NCBI GenBank assembly: GCA_963514005.1
Contig: OY740818.1
Location: 19,530,001 to 19,594,000, forward strand
DNA length: 64,000 nucleotides
Direction of reading: 5' to 3'
Source: Raja brachyura
Lineage: Eukaryota
Position 1 is the stretch's first letter. Each line of letters starts with the position of its first letter. Positions 10,415-22,603 of this stretch are shown piece by piece. Under the pieces are notes generated by a model. That model did not search any database. It saw only the letters and a program-made list of their open reading frames with translations, and was not told where the DNA came from. Both the position numbers and the translations under genes were made by a program.

Positions 10415-13275
10415 GTAACGCTGGAGTTTTCAGGGATGGGTTCCGGTGGAGCACAGGGAAGTGGAACTCTATGGTGTGTCTTTGTGCTGCTTCTGGGTGA
10501 ATCAAAGAGCCCATCTATATAATGCCCTGTGCTAAAAATAATGAAAGGAATTGATAGAGGATGCAGATAGAAACATCTGCTGCTGGCAGTGGGGAATTCT
10601 GCGAACATATCACAAACTATTAAAGTCAGATTCACAGCAGGTGCCAACTATAACAGTCTGAGATCAATTGGTTCCTGATAAGAGGACACTTAGTCAACGT
10701 TGATGAACGAGTTAATGACAACCAAATCTGATATAATTGAATGGTAGGAGTCAAATTAAGTCGGGTTGATTTTATTGTCATATGCACAAGTTCGGTGAGA
10801 TACAGATGCAATGCAAATCTTGCTTACAGCAGCATCATGGCCTTTTACAGAGTAGGATAACACACTGGCAATATAAATATTGCACAACATACATTCTGCA
10901 AGACTGAGAAAAAAGTGCGCCCCCACAAAAAAGACATTAGTGGAAAAAGACGCAAATGGAAAATAAGTCCATGGACCTGTTCGTCACATGGCTATGTTGC
11001 TGGCAATTAGAGAAGGGCCAGCCGAGAGTGATGTGACTTCCAGAGAGTGTGGAAAGCAATTCTGCCTTATTTCTCATTGCTACTTGGGTGGCATATTGAT
11101 TCAGCTAGTAGAACTGCTGCCTCACAGCTCCAGAGATCAATCCTGACACCCGGAACACTCAGTGTGGAGTTTGCATGCTCTCCTTGTGACTGTGTGGGTT
11201 TCCTCCGGGTTTTCCGGTTTCCATCCCTAAGTTATGCATTAATTGGCCTCTCTAAGTTTTTTGTAGTATGTGGGTGAGTGGTAGAATCTGGGGAATGCTG
11301 AGACTGAGCTCCTGAATGGTGTGCACAAGGCTTTAATGTTTTGCCCCCCACCCCCAAGTCCTGTGATTTCCTCCCTGCCAGCAAACATTATGTCCATACA
11401 TGTTCTTTGTCAGATCCTTTCAATATTTTCAGCAATGTACGAAATTGGGGTAAATATAGACGGATTTCTATTTCAATAATAGAAACATTATTAGGGTTAG
11501 GGTTAGAACCCCTCCCTTCACCACCCCCAGTTTAAATTCCAGTTGGAATATTTTGGAGGACCAAGTAACCAAGAACCAAGAACATAATATTAGAATTAAC
11601 ATAAATGGGTGCATGACTCAGCAGACGGTGGGCTGAATGGCCTGTTCATGTGCTAACTCATTGGCTAAAACATCAATGTAAGAGACCAAATTCTGTAAGC
11701 TTACTGGTTAATTCAATGGCAAGGTTACCACTGATGAATCTTCCAAGGTACTGCTCACACTGAGCCTTCGGATGAAGTAGATTTTCAAGAATAACAGCAG
11801 AGTAAGCAAAGTCTTTTGCTGAACAAACTATTCTCATAAACAATATGAAGGTGTAACAGGGCTGTTATTTGCATCTGCTGGACTACCAGGGAACACAATC
11901 AGCTGGCAGATTTCATCCACTCTCCAGGTGCTGGTGACCAGGTCCAGAACAAATTCTGCCTTTAGAGTGTCCGTCCTTTGCGTCCATGCTGATATATTTC
12001 TTCAACAATAGCACCACCTGGTGGTGTTGAGTAGATTCTGCGATAAATCTAATGCAACCTCTCACATATATCTTGAAATGCTTTAGAAGTAATATTTCTG
12101 AAGTATGGACTTTGAATGTTCTGTGGGCAAGCACAATCATTGACCTTTGTACAAAAAGGTCCCATAGACACATCTTGTCTGTGCAACAGAAATGTACACA
12201 TTGCTAACTGGTGATACCATAGTAACTTGTTAATATCATTATTTCCTGGTAATATCACTGGCAACTTTAATGCCACTAGATACCAGAATTATTGCTATCA
12301 TTTGACAAAGTTGCTGAATGTTGGCGACGCTGACACAATTTGTAATGTTACTGTGACCTCTCTGTCGACTCGGTGGTTCTGAGTCAGAAGGTTGTAGATT
12401 CAAGACTCATTCCTTTAACCAACATTACTAAATTCACATGATCCGATTATTAAACCATTTTTATTCATGGGAATTTGGTGTCTGTGTGCTATAAATATTC
12501 CAGCATTTACTACACTTCAAAAGTACACAATTGTCTGTAAACTGCTTTGAAATATCCAGAATAGGATACTAAATTTAAAAAAAGTGCTGGAGTAGTCAGC
12601 CCGGGTCAGGCAGTATCTCTAGAGAACCTGGCACGGCAATGCTTCATGGTGAGAGCTTTCTTCACACTCATCTGTGTAATCTGTTTGACCTTTGTTTTTC
12701 TTTCTGTATCCTGAACCATGAACCCTGGTCAAGGTCTCTAGACATTTAGCGCACATTACATTACTGATATATTAAGGAGATAGCAACTGGGCAGATTCAT
12801 GAGATTGAATGACATCTCCACTTCAGAGAGCTGGGGAAAGCCTGCCTCTGGCAATATGTTGCCTCCCTGTGAAAGAATCGAACCCATGGCTGTCAGTGCA
12901 GTGGGATCATTATTGAAGCAGACAAATGAGACTTTGCTTTGGTGCCTTAAACAAGGTTGACAAGGCTAATCCTTCAGATATATTAAGCACTGGACTTGAT
13001 CGATTTGCTAAGTGGGACTGATTTTACTGAGGTCACATTGGAAGCATCACAGGAACAGAAGGAGAACATTCAGCCCCAAGAGCCTGCTTCATCATGTCAT
13101 TACATCTTGGCTGATTTGTATTGCAACTCTGCGTATGTGAGTTTCATAACCCTTAACACCATAGCTTGACAAAAATCAAATGTGCTTATGTGGAAGCCCC
13201 CCTCACCACTGGCTGCAAGTACAAAGAATTTGTAGTGAACAGCACAAATGTTAGTTCAATGCTTTCATTTTTCAG

Positions 13276-13517
13276 GTGCCTCAGTTCCATTCAGGATCAA
13301 TGAGGAGACATCTGAAGTCAGTGTGGTGAAGCCTCTTGACAGGGAGCAGAGGGAGACGTACGACATCATTGTCAAATGTACGTTGCGGACGCTCGCCCAG
13401 ATCGTCCAAGTTGTGAGATCGTTGCATGTGACCGTCCTTGACAAGGGAGATAACGCCCCCTACATCCTCGATGGCAATGACACAGCTGAGGCTTTCATTG
13501 AGTTCAACAGGAAGGAG
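13276..13517 (+). CDS. ret: RET exon 4 (CLD2, Ca2+ linker)
   Basis: ttcag|GT; PLDREQRETYDIIVKC..VTVLDKGDNAPY..DTAEAFIEFNRKE; donor GAG|gtagga; 242 bp as in human exon 4. Confidence 0.96.
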
Positions 13518-13566
13518 GTAGGACTTCCAACAAGATTTGGCTGAATAAATCTCTGTTTAGCCTGTT

Positions 13567-13806
13567 GCAAAAAAGTGCTGGAGGAACTCAGCAGCTCAGG
13601 CAGCATCTATGGAGAGAATGGAAAGGTGATGTGTCTGGGTGGGATCCTCAGTCAACATTTTGAGTTGTGGTCCTCAAGTCTGAAGAAGGGTCCGAATCCA
13701 GAATGTCGTCTGTCCATTCCCTCCGCAGATGTTGCTTGAGGCGCTGTTCCTCCAGCACATTTGTTTTTTGTTCAAGGTTCCAGCATCTGCAATTTCTTGT
13801 CTCCAG
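13567..13806. mobile_element. Inverted pair of Penelope-like termini
   Basis: GTGCTGGAGGAACTCAGC.. arm followed by the reverse-complement arm ..GTTCCTCCAGCAC. Confidence 0.65.
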
Positions 13807-15149
13807 GTTAATGTCAGCTTCTGCTTCTGGGTTTTGTATGTGACAGTAATGGAAGTAACCAATTTAAAATTTCCGGGTTGTCCCACAAAGGTGAACTCTC
13901 AATACCCGCTCCACAAAATATCTGCTTGACTTCTTTAAATGATTCTGCATTCTTATTTCTTCAATATCAATATCATGCATTCATCCACTCTCTCTGCAGT
14001 TGCATTTAAACTGTGTGTGCAAATTCCCTGCTGAAAGTTTCAGTCCATCTAGAAACACAGTAACATGTATTAAGAGATTATAACCCCTTACCCAATCCTC
14101 AGGACGTAATACTTTTTGAGTGGTTCAGTGACAGATTCTTATTGGATTTTTTACTCCCTGGAAAATCACTGGATTTCCCTGTTTGAATTGCATCTGCAGC
14201 CTGCCTGCCCAGTTCTGAGGATGTTCAGGTCCTCCTAATGGGCAGTCTAGGTCAGCTTTAGAATCCATGGAACTCCAATGGTGTTGTGCTTATCTGCAGG
14301 CAAATGATGGTGCGGCAGGTGCCTGGATCGAGATCATTTATAGGAAAACTAAGAAAATCCCAAAGGTGATCCATGTGCCCTTCCAACTGATGATCCACAT
14401 GCGTTTCAGTTTTGGGAGCTTTGTTAGACAATGGAAGTGGTACCATTCTCCCAGGTCAATGCCAACCACTGATGACCAATTACATCTCCACTGTGAAACA
14501 TTTTGCGCTTTCTTTACTTTCAGTGCCAGCATAGAGAGAGATGCTGCTTGCCCAGAATAACAGGAATGAGGCTAGGGTATTGAACCAGCAGCCAGATTTC
14601 TAGCCAATTGCTCTGAAGATTTGAGTTGGAATCCCACCATGTATCTAGAGAATTTAAATTCAAGAAATTAAGAAAATTTGTTTTGTTTTTTAATAGCTGT
14701 TCTGAGTGTTCATAACTGTGAAGTCAACCCATTGTTACAAACATTCATTTGACTCACTCTTGTGCTTCCTGACTGTTTACGAGTAGAATAAGGCTAATCG
14801 GCCCATCGAGTCTATTCCGCCATTCAATCATAGCTGATCTCTGCCTCCTTATCCCATTTTCCTGCCTTCTCCCCATGACCCTTGACACCCGTCCTACTCA
14901 AGAATCCGTCTATCTCTGCCTTAACTATCTCTGACTTGTCTCCCCGTGTGACTCCTGACCCATGAAGGTTGTTGACTCTAAACTGTCTCCTGAATGTAGG
15001 GGCAGGTAAAGGATGACAATAAAAGCCAGCATTGCCAGCCACATCCACATATCAGGAATGAATCATAAACAGATGACAGCTAAAGGAACCATATTCTCTG
15101 CATTAACATTTTGAATCCTTTATCCATTCACCATGGAAAATATTTAGGT

Positions 15150-15680
15150 TTATGATCATTTTATTGTTGTGTACCAAGGTACAGTGAAAAACCATTTTGC
15201 ATACTACGCAATAAAATCAGATAATACTATACATAAAGACAATCAGGCTGAACTCAAGTACAACAGACAGGGCAGCACAGTGGCGCAATGGAAGAACTAC
15301 TGCCTTACAGTGCCAGGGACCCAGGGTCGATCCTGATCCTGTGCGCTCTTTCACGATTCTGTATCTTCTGCCGCATGGGAGCAGGGAAAGGAAGGAATAA
15401 CCAGGGTGGGACAAGTCTTTGATCGTGTTGGCTGCTTTTCCAAGAGAGTGCAATTGGTAGATAGAGCACTGGCCTACATCCATAACTCTGAGGAATATCT
15501 TGCAGTCTTGGGCAGAGCTGTTTCCACACCAAGCTGTGATGCAATCTGACAGTAAGCTCTCTGTGGTGCATCCGTAGAGGTTTGTAAGTGTCATGGGAGA
15601 AGTGCTGAATTTCCAAAGTCTCCTGAGGAACTAGAGGCACTGTGTGCCTTCTTAGCTGACATTTCAATGTAGGTTGGTCC
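15150..15680 (-). mobile_element. Rex1/Babar-type LINE ORF2 3' fragment, interrupted by a V-SINE head (15271-15342, +)
   Basis: LYGCTTESLLSDCITAWCGNSSAQD..IKDLSHPGYSFLSLLPCGRRYR. Confidence 0.75.
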
Positions 15681-17444
15681 ACAACCGTGGAAACGTGGAA
15701 TAATTTGAGTTAAATTGGCAAGACCTCCTTCACATGACCCTTCGCTCAATCTTTATGAATCTACTTCCGTCCAGTTGTTCTGGCTCTATTCATTAGAAGA
15801 GATTTTCATTATTTCTCTAACAATGGATGTCAGCCCATTTATCAGTTGTTTCCTGGGTCACTTATGTAAGTGTAATGTCTGCCATTCTTCAGTTTCCCTG
15901 GCATTTTTCCAGTAATAGAACACCTTCATTGCCATCTAGTAATTCCAGTGAAAGTGATTCAGTGCCTGGCCTTTCTTTCTGTACATTCTTCCTCACATGA
16001 GCCTCAGTCTGTATGTACTCGCACACTGCCCCCTTTTCTCCCGATATTGGCTCTTCTGATCAATTTATATCCTTCTGGACATCTATCCCAATAACAGAAA
16101 TTATGTCACCATGTCTCTGAGACACTAACAATGCCCAATCTATAAACCCTGCAACTCCCCCCAGATCATGCATCTGACGTTTTAGATATTTTACATTGAT
16201 CCAGCATACCACTGCCTTTTACCTCTGATGTGGGATTCATTAACATCTTGGCGCTGTTTATCTCCCACTATTAGAATTAGAATTGAGTTGTATTAACACT
16301 TGGGCTCTCTCGGAGTTTGCTCCAATGTGTTCACTTGTAGTTGCTGTGAGCTCTTCAAGAAAGGTTTCGCTGCGGCTCTACCTGTTGTACCTGCCAACCC
16401 CTCTGCCGCCTACTTTGTCTGGCTGGTACCCATTTAGTCCACAAATGCTCTTTGTACAAATCTTAATTTGTAGAAAGAAAATTTTAAGTCTACATTGCAA
16501 GGATGAAAGGAAAGTAGGAGCATGAAAAGATGGGCTATTCAATCTGATGATGTTCTCCAATGAAGCTTAGGTAGCAAGTTCAATCCCCTTCTTCTATGGA
16601 AAGGCAATGAAGATTGTATGCAATGCTGTGTTCTAACAGAGGGCCATGGAGAGAACAATCAGCATGAATATATCCAGGGGCCTTTTTCACATGATTTTTC
16701 ATTGATCTTTACTTCAATAAGAAGGGTCTGGAATCTTATGCAGCACTAATGTTGCATTCCCACTTAATGCCCTACTCTAAACTGCAAAATGACAGAAATT
16801 GTGGATTCTGCAGTATCAGGCTTTTATTGCAATGGGTCAGATCATTGGAGGTGCGCTTGTTCTCCACTGTATACACTCCCAGGGCTTGATGTCAGCCCCC
16901 CTAGTTTCAGACTCACTATTTCTGCAGCAGATCCCAAGAACCAATGACAGCCATGGATTGGAGCAAGTCTCTGCAAAGGAGCAAGGGATATATACAGAAG
17001 AAAGATGATAAGAAACTCTACATTCATGATATCGTGTCATCATGTATGCAGCTTCAGCTATTTTTCATCCCGAGTGAAAACAATGGCAAATTACCATAAT
17101 TCATTAAACAAAATATCTTCCACAATTATGTCTTTCTTTTCCATAAATCATTTCAAAGTTTATTAGGGAGGGATTTAATGATTACATAAATTCAAGATCC
17201 ACTTTGCTAGCATCCTGAACAAAACGCAAAATGCTGGAGCAACTCTGCAGGTCAGTCAGCATCTGTGGAAGGAAATGGACAGATGACGTTTTGGGTTGGG
17301 GCCCCTTTTTTTGAGAAGGATCCAAATCTGGCCATTTCCCTCTACAGATGCTGCCTGGCCTGCTGAGTTCCTGCAGTCATTTGTTTTCCAAGATCTACGT
17401 TGCCATCGGCATCCCTTGTTTCTAAGTTTATTTTTATGTTGCAG

Positions 17445-17616
17445 CACACGGTGGTGACCGCTCTCTTCGTGTACGACACAGACAGCACCACTAAGTACAC
17501 AACGACTGTGGTCGGGAACGATACATGGGTCACGGAGAACTTCCGTGTGATGCCCACTGCTTTGGAGATCCCAGCCAGCGCAGAGAGACCCGCTCGACGG
17601 ACGGTAAACAAATACG
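17445..17616 (+). CDS. ret: RET exon 5 (CLD3)
   Basis: gcag|CAC ACG GTG GTG; HTVVTALFVYDTD..DTWVTENFRV..RTVNKY; donor G|gtaaac; phase 0-1, 172 bp. Confidence 0.93.
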
Positions 17617-18375
17617 GTAAACCCAAAGCACATGCCTTACATTTGGCAAAGAGAGGCTCGGGCAAATAGACGTCAGAATTTAAAATAAAAGGTAGAGTTA
17701 AGAAGTGTCACAGAGTGCCATTAGGGGTCAGGTTGGATCCTTGGTCAGGTTTGTAGCTGGGAGATAATACAGCTCACTATGTTTGCCTTCAGTGCATGGA
17801 CTTTGAAATGCAAACGGAAGAAAATCTTATGTTAGCAATGGGATCATACTCATTTTTAATCATCGACCATTTGATTTTATTGTGACTTTTCTTATTCTAC
17901 ACCAGGGTCTTTTAACCAATGTACAAAACAGTAAATGCTCTAGTATCCTCAATAGAACTTAATGGTCAATGGCCAGATTTGTGGTTGATATAATATTTTA
18001 TTCATTCCTTCAATGAATGGCAAGGTGAGGATGCTGATTTATTATTGGAAGAAGAGCATGTGTAGGTCTGCCGACACCAGTTTAAATGCCATGGCATGTC
18101 CAGGTTGCCTGATAAGCGATTTCCATTACTTTCTGCTCCACACCAGACCCACTTCCTCACACATGTGTCTCCAGCAATTCAGCCTGCAAGGTTCACCCAA
18201 AGTAGACCTTCAAGTCATTGCCTACATGTGTGAATTCAATGTGGAGAGGATTCTCGCATATATACCATCTGACTTCTGATGAGAGAGAGATCTGAGGAAT
18301 TTCACTGACATTTATTCTGTGAGCCACTTGTGGATATTCAATGAATACCTGTTAGAAAACTTGAGATAGATTGTC

Positions 18376-18669
18376 CAGAACAAGGGGTCGCAGTTTAAGG
18401 ATAAGGGGGAAGTCTTTTAGGACTGAGATGAGATTTTTTTGTGGTGAATCTGTGGAATTCTCTGCCATAGAAAGTAGTTGAGGCCAGTTCATTGGCTATA
18501 TTTCAGAGGGAGTTAGATGTGCCCCTTGTGGCAAAAGGGATCAGGGGGTATGGAGAGAAGGCAGGTACGGGATACTGAGTTGGATGATCAGCCATGATTA
18601 TATTGAATGGCGGTGCAGGCTTGAAGGGCCGAATGGCCTACCCCTGCACCTATTTTCTATGTTTCTATG
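18376..18669 (+). mobile_element. CR1 LINE 3' fragment
   Basis: CR1 3' region ending CCTATTTTCTATGTTTCTATG. Confidence 0.8.
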
Positions 18670-19366
18670 TGATACAGGTCGGGTCTTGTGATACAGGTCA
18701 ATAGATCAATACTGTAAAGACAGAATGAAAGGCTAACAGTTAAATCAGTGCTTGTCCAAACCATTTGACAATAGTTTGGTCAAAATTCAATGAGATTGAT
18801 TGAAATCAGTCGAATACAAAAGAGATAGAACAAAAGAGATGGATCAAACCATCATAACGATTTATGGTACAGAAGTTACTCATCAACTCTTTCTGTCCGT
18901 ACCAGCTGACATAATATGTACAGCCAAATCCCATTATCCAGTTGTCAGTGTGTAACCTTGTAGATAACTGCACTTCAAGTGGTCATCGAAGTACTGAATG
19001 TGCTGAATTTCTGCATCCCCCACCCTACTGTAGACTCTCAACCCTCACAAACTGCTCACATTGGCATATCAAATTCAACTTTTTCCATCAAGTTTACATA
19101 CAAGGGTCAATCTTGCCGATTCTCAAAATTGGGACTGTCGTTTGAATTAATTCTATTGAAACTTGCAACTACCCTTCAGTAGAAGAATTGACCTGACAAG
19201 TATTAAAGGAAAGTAGATGAGTAAATGCACAGATGAGTTGATTTAAAAGAGGTTGCGGAGGCAGCTTGTATGGTGTATAAGTACCCGTCTTGGCTGTGTG
19301 GGTCGAGTGGCCTCTTTCTGTGCAGTGGACCCAATGTAATTTGCTGTATCTTCCTGTTTTATCCAG

Positions 19367-19566
19367 AGCTGATACTGAAGAGAAGCTTGTCAGTCTCGGA
19401 GAACCGATCCTTCAGTCTGGATGTACTGGTCCAGGATACCGAGTATAACGGTCCCAACAGTTCGGTGTTGCTTCACTTCAATGTGATCGTCCGGCCGATT
19501 GTCATCGAGTTCACTGAGAAGACATTCTACTTTTCAGTGAATAAGAACGCAGGACGTTCTGCTAAG
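19367..19566 (+). CDS. ret: RET exon 6 (CLD3/CLD4)
   Basis: ccag|AG CTG; LILKRSLSVSENRS..VLLHFNVIVRP..FSVNKNAGRSAK; donor AAG|gtgatg; 200 bp as in human. Confidence 0.96.
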
Positions 19567-20368
19567 GTGATGGGTGATTTTCTTTAAATTACCAGAGTTT
19601 CAACAGGATGAAAGGCAAAACCAGCACCGCTGAAATCTAATAGCAATTAGTATCTACATGTAATTTAATATTGGCTGTTAGTACATTAGTCTTGGACTTA
19701 AGCTCTGACTCTGCTTCTGAACAAGCAATTTGTGGAATGAGGGATATATTCATCGATGAATTTACAATGGATTCCCATAAACTAACATTTCCTTCAACTA
19801 TCTATCGAACTGATTCTAAAATATTAGTGTAATTGAATATTAGTGTCATTAACTCTAGCAGAATATTCCATAGCCTCATAATCGTTTTTTTGCAAATCTC
19901 TTAATCTTGTCAAAGTCTTACAGCACAAAAACAGGTCCTTCGGCTCAACTAGTCTATGCTCACCAAAGTGCCCCATCTAAACTAGTTCGATTTGCCTGCA
20001 TTTGGCCCATATTCCATCAAATCTTTTGTATCCATGTATCTGTCTAAATTTATTTTCAGTTATTATTGTACCTGCCTTAACTACCTCCTCTGGCAGCTCA
20101 TTCCACACACCCACCACCCTCTGAGTGAAAAGGTTGCCCCTCGGGTTCCTATTGAATCTTTCTCCTCTCTCCTTGTTCGCTCTTCTTCTACTTGTTCTAA
20201 TTAATTACTAGAAGGAATCTTCTTTTAACCTATCCAACTCATCTTTTAAAAAAACACAACTTGCCCTTTATAATTTTTCACCAAATTTCAGGACATCCAG
20301 ATGATAGTACTGCAAGTGTGGTCACTGTTGTAGAATGGGAAACGTGGTGTCTAATTTGAAACTTGGTG

Positions 20369-20507
20369 TCTTCTCTTCTTTCGTGTGGCGTGCACAGCCT
20401 AAAGTTGTAGGACAACTTGTTCTATTTGATCTTCCGTTTGTGCACGTCGAGTTGATTGCATTAGTCGAAACAGGGTGGACCACGTGAAGGTTGCAATCTT
20501 CCACCCC
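20369..20507 (-). mobile_element. 139-bp non-autonomous retroposon (ribozyme head plus RTE-like AAG tail) with 11-bp TSD
   Basis: Perfect direct repeat GAAACTTGGTG at 20358-20368 and 20508-20518; minus strand ends TAGGCTGTGCACGCCACACGAAAGAAGAGAAGA. Confidence 0.85.
20454..20507 (-). ncRNA. Minimal HDV-like self-cleaving ribozyme (predicted)
   Basis: GGGGUGG-AA-GAUUGCA-ACC-UUCACGU-GGU-CCACCCU-GU-UUCGA-CUAA-UGCAAUC = P1 (with G1.U), J1/2, P2, P3, L3, P3', P1', P1.1', mini-P4, J4/2 with catalytic C (20464), P2'. Confidence 0.88.
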
Positions 20508-20599
20508 GAAACTTGGTGACTAATGCCAAGCAATGCCAAGTTGCACTCGTTAGTTGAGGTATTGGCTGTGGTGTATTTAATTCTTCATTGTGGTTACAG

Positions 20600-20891
20600 A
20601 TTGGAAGAATTTGCATCGCAAATTGTCAGAACTTTCAAACTTTGAGTATGACCTACACACTGGTGCCAGTGGTGCACAGTGAAGAGAATACCACGCAACA
20701 AGACAAAGGCTGTTCATCCATTATGGGCGTTCTGAAGCAAGCCGAAGACATATTCGGCATCCTCTACATTAATGATGTGAAGATGCTGAGAAAAAGCACG
20801 TGCCACCAACTTCACTACATTGTCATTGCTAATGAATCACTGAGCAAGGAAGAGGCAAAGACCGAGATCATTGTCACACTTGAGGGTGCAT
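20600..20891 (+). CDS. ret: RET exon 7 (CLD4)
   Basis: acag|ATT GGA; IGRICIANCQNF..GILYINDVKMLRKSTCHQLHY..VTLEGA; donor T|gtgcgt; 292 bp, phase 0-1. Confidence 0.94.
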
Positions 20892-21467
20892 GTGCGTATC
20901 AGTGCTTTTTTATGTTGAACTGCTTGGCTTTTCCCCCTTTTTAAGTCTCTTTCTTGAGTTAGTTCATTTGTTGAAAGAGCAGGAATATAAAGTTGAAACG
21001 TGATCTTTTTGAATGGCAGAGTAGGTATTAGGACCGTTCTGACCAAGGCTTCATTTGTGTAATCTCCTCACATCATTGTCTCTTAAGAACAAAGCTGCAG
21101 CAGCCATGGAAATTGACAAGTACTTCCTTCCATTGACACGATCAATAATACTCTATTATACAGCATTCAGTATTTTCAACTTGCAATAAAAAACATAAAC
21201 ATATAGTTATTAAAAATATCTTTATATTTGCAAATCCTATTGGAAACAAATGTTGTTATTGTGAGTTTGAACCTCTTGAGCCCCCCTTTTTTTACCATTC
21301 ACACAATTGTCTTTATAATGCTATCATCGATAACACAAGGATGTTAGGAACCCAGCTGACGTCTAATAGCAGAACGACCCATATATGTGATGTTTTCTTC
21401 AGCACACAAACGGAGATTTGAATCAAGGCTGAAACGATCAGAATTAACACGTGTTTCTTCTCCTTAG

Positions 21468-21593
21468 ACAAGGACAGAAATAATAATTGCCCCAAAATCT
21501 GTGCAACAAACAAGCAGCGTTCAGAGTGCGAGGAATGTGGTGGACTTGGAACATTAAATGGGAGGTGTCAGTGGCGACAGGGCTATGAAAAAG
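21468..21593 (+). CDS. ret: RET exon 8 (cysteine-rich domain)
   Basis: ttag|AC; [32 protein letters not shown]; donor G|gtaaaa; 126 bp as in human; not in the ORF track. Confidence 0.97.
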
Positions 21594-22017
21594 GTAAAAT
21601 TAAAATCAGTAATAATTCCATGCATTATGCTTTTTTTATGTAGTGCTTGTATATAATACTGGCTTCCGAATGAGTCAAAAAGTCAAAGTTAAAAGAGTTT
21701 ATTGTCATGTGTCCCTGACAGGACAATTAAGTTATTTCTTTGCTTAGCACAACAGAACATAGTAGGCATTGACTACAAAACAGATCAGTGTGTCCATATA
21801 CCATTATATATGTAAATACACACATGAATAAATAAATTGATAGCGTGTGAATAACAGATAAAGGGGTATTAATGTTCAGAGTTTTGTCCGAGCCAAGTTT
21901 AATAGCCTGATGGCTGTGGGGAAGTAGCTATTCCTGAATGAGTGAACTGGATACACGTCAGTATTAAGATTGAAATTTATTTAATGTTTTCACAGTTCAG
22001 CAATGATTGGGCAGATA

Positions 22018-22232
22018 TTGTAGGAAAGAACTGCCGATGCTGGTTTAATTTGAAGATAGACACAAAATGCTGGAGTAACTCAGCGGGACAGGCAGCATCT
22101 CTGGAGAGAAGGAATGGGTGACGTTTTGGGTCGAGTCTGAAGGGTCTGAAGGGTCTCGACCTTAAACGTCACCCATTCCTTCTCTCCAAAGATGCTGCCT
22201 GTCCCACTGTGTTACTCCAGCATTTGGTGTCT
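22018..22232. mobile_element. Inverted pair of Penelope-like termini
   Basis: ~90-bp arms in reverse complement around 22135-22150. Confidence 0.75.
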
Positions 22233-22348
22233 AAGCTCCAAAAAGACATGCCCCTCAAACTTCTAAATTTTCCTAACTTCAGAAGTGGAAAAAACTTTGA
22301 TCCAATCTCTACGTGGCAATAATAAACCTAACCCTTTTGTTTCTACAG

Positions 22349-22456
22349 GAATATCCAAAAACTACTCGACCTGCTCGTCAGATCTGTCCAGCTGTCCTGA
22401 TGGATATTGCGATGTGGTGGAGCACAAGAAGGGCACGTGTCCGCAGGACTGTGTCG
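22349..22456 (+). CDS. ret: RET exon 9 (cysteine-rich domain)
   Basis: acag|GA; ISKNYSTCSSDLSSCPDGYCDVVEHKKGTCPQDCV; donor G|gtgtgt; 108 bp. Confidence 0.96.
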
Positions 22457-22603
22457 GTGTGTAACCAGAACCAGATACTCTGCATCCCAGCAGATCACCA
22501 GAAAGAGCAGATAGTATCGAGATATTGTGCTGTGTGTGTAAATAAAGCTGGCTGTTTCTCAGTTATGTCCAGACTTTGGATCCATTAATTGAACCAGGGT
22601 CTC

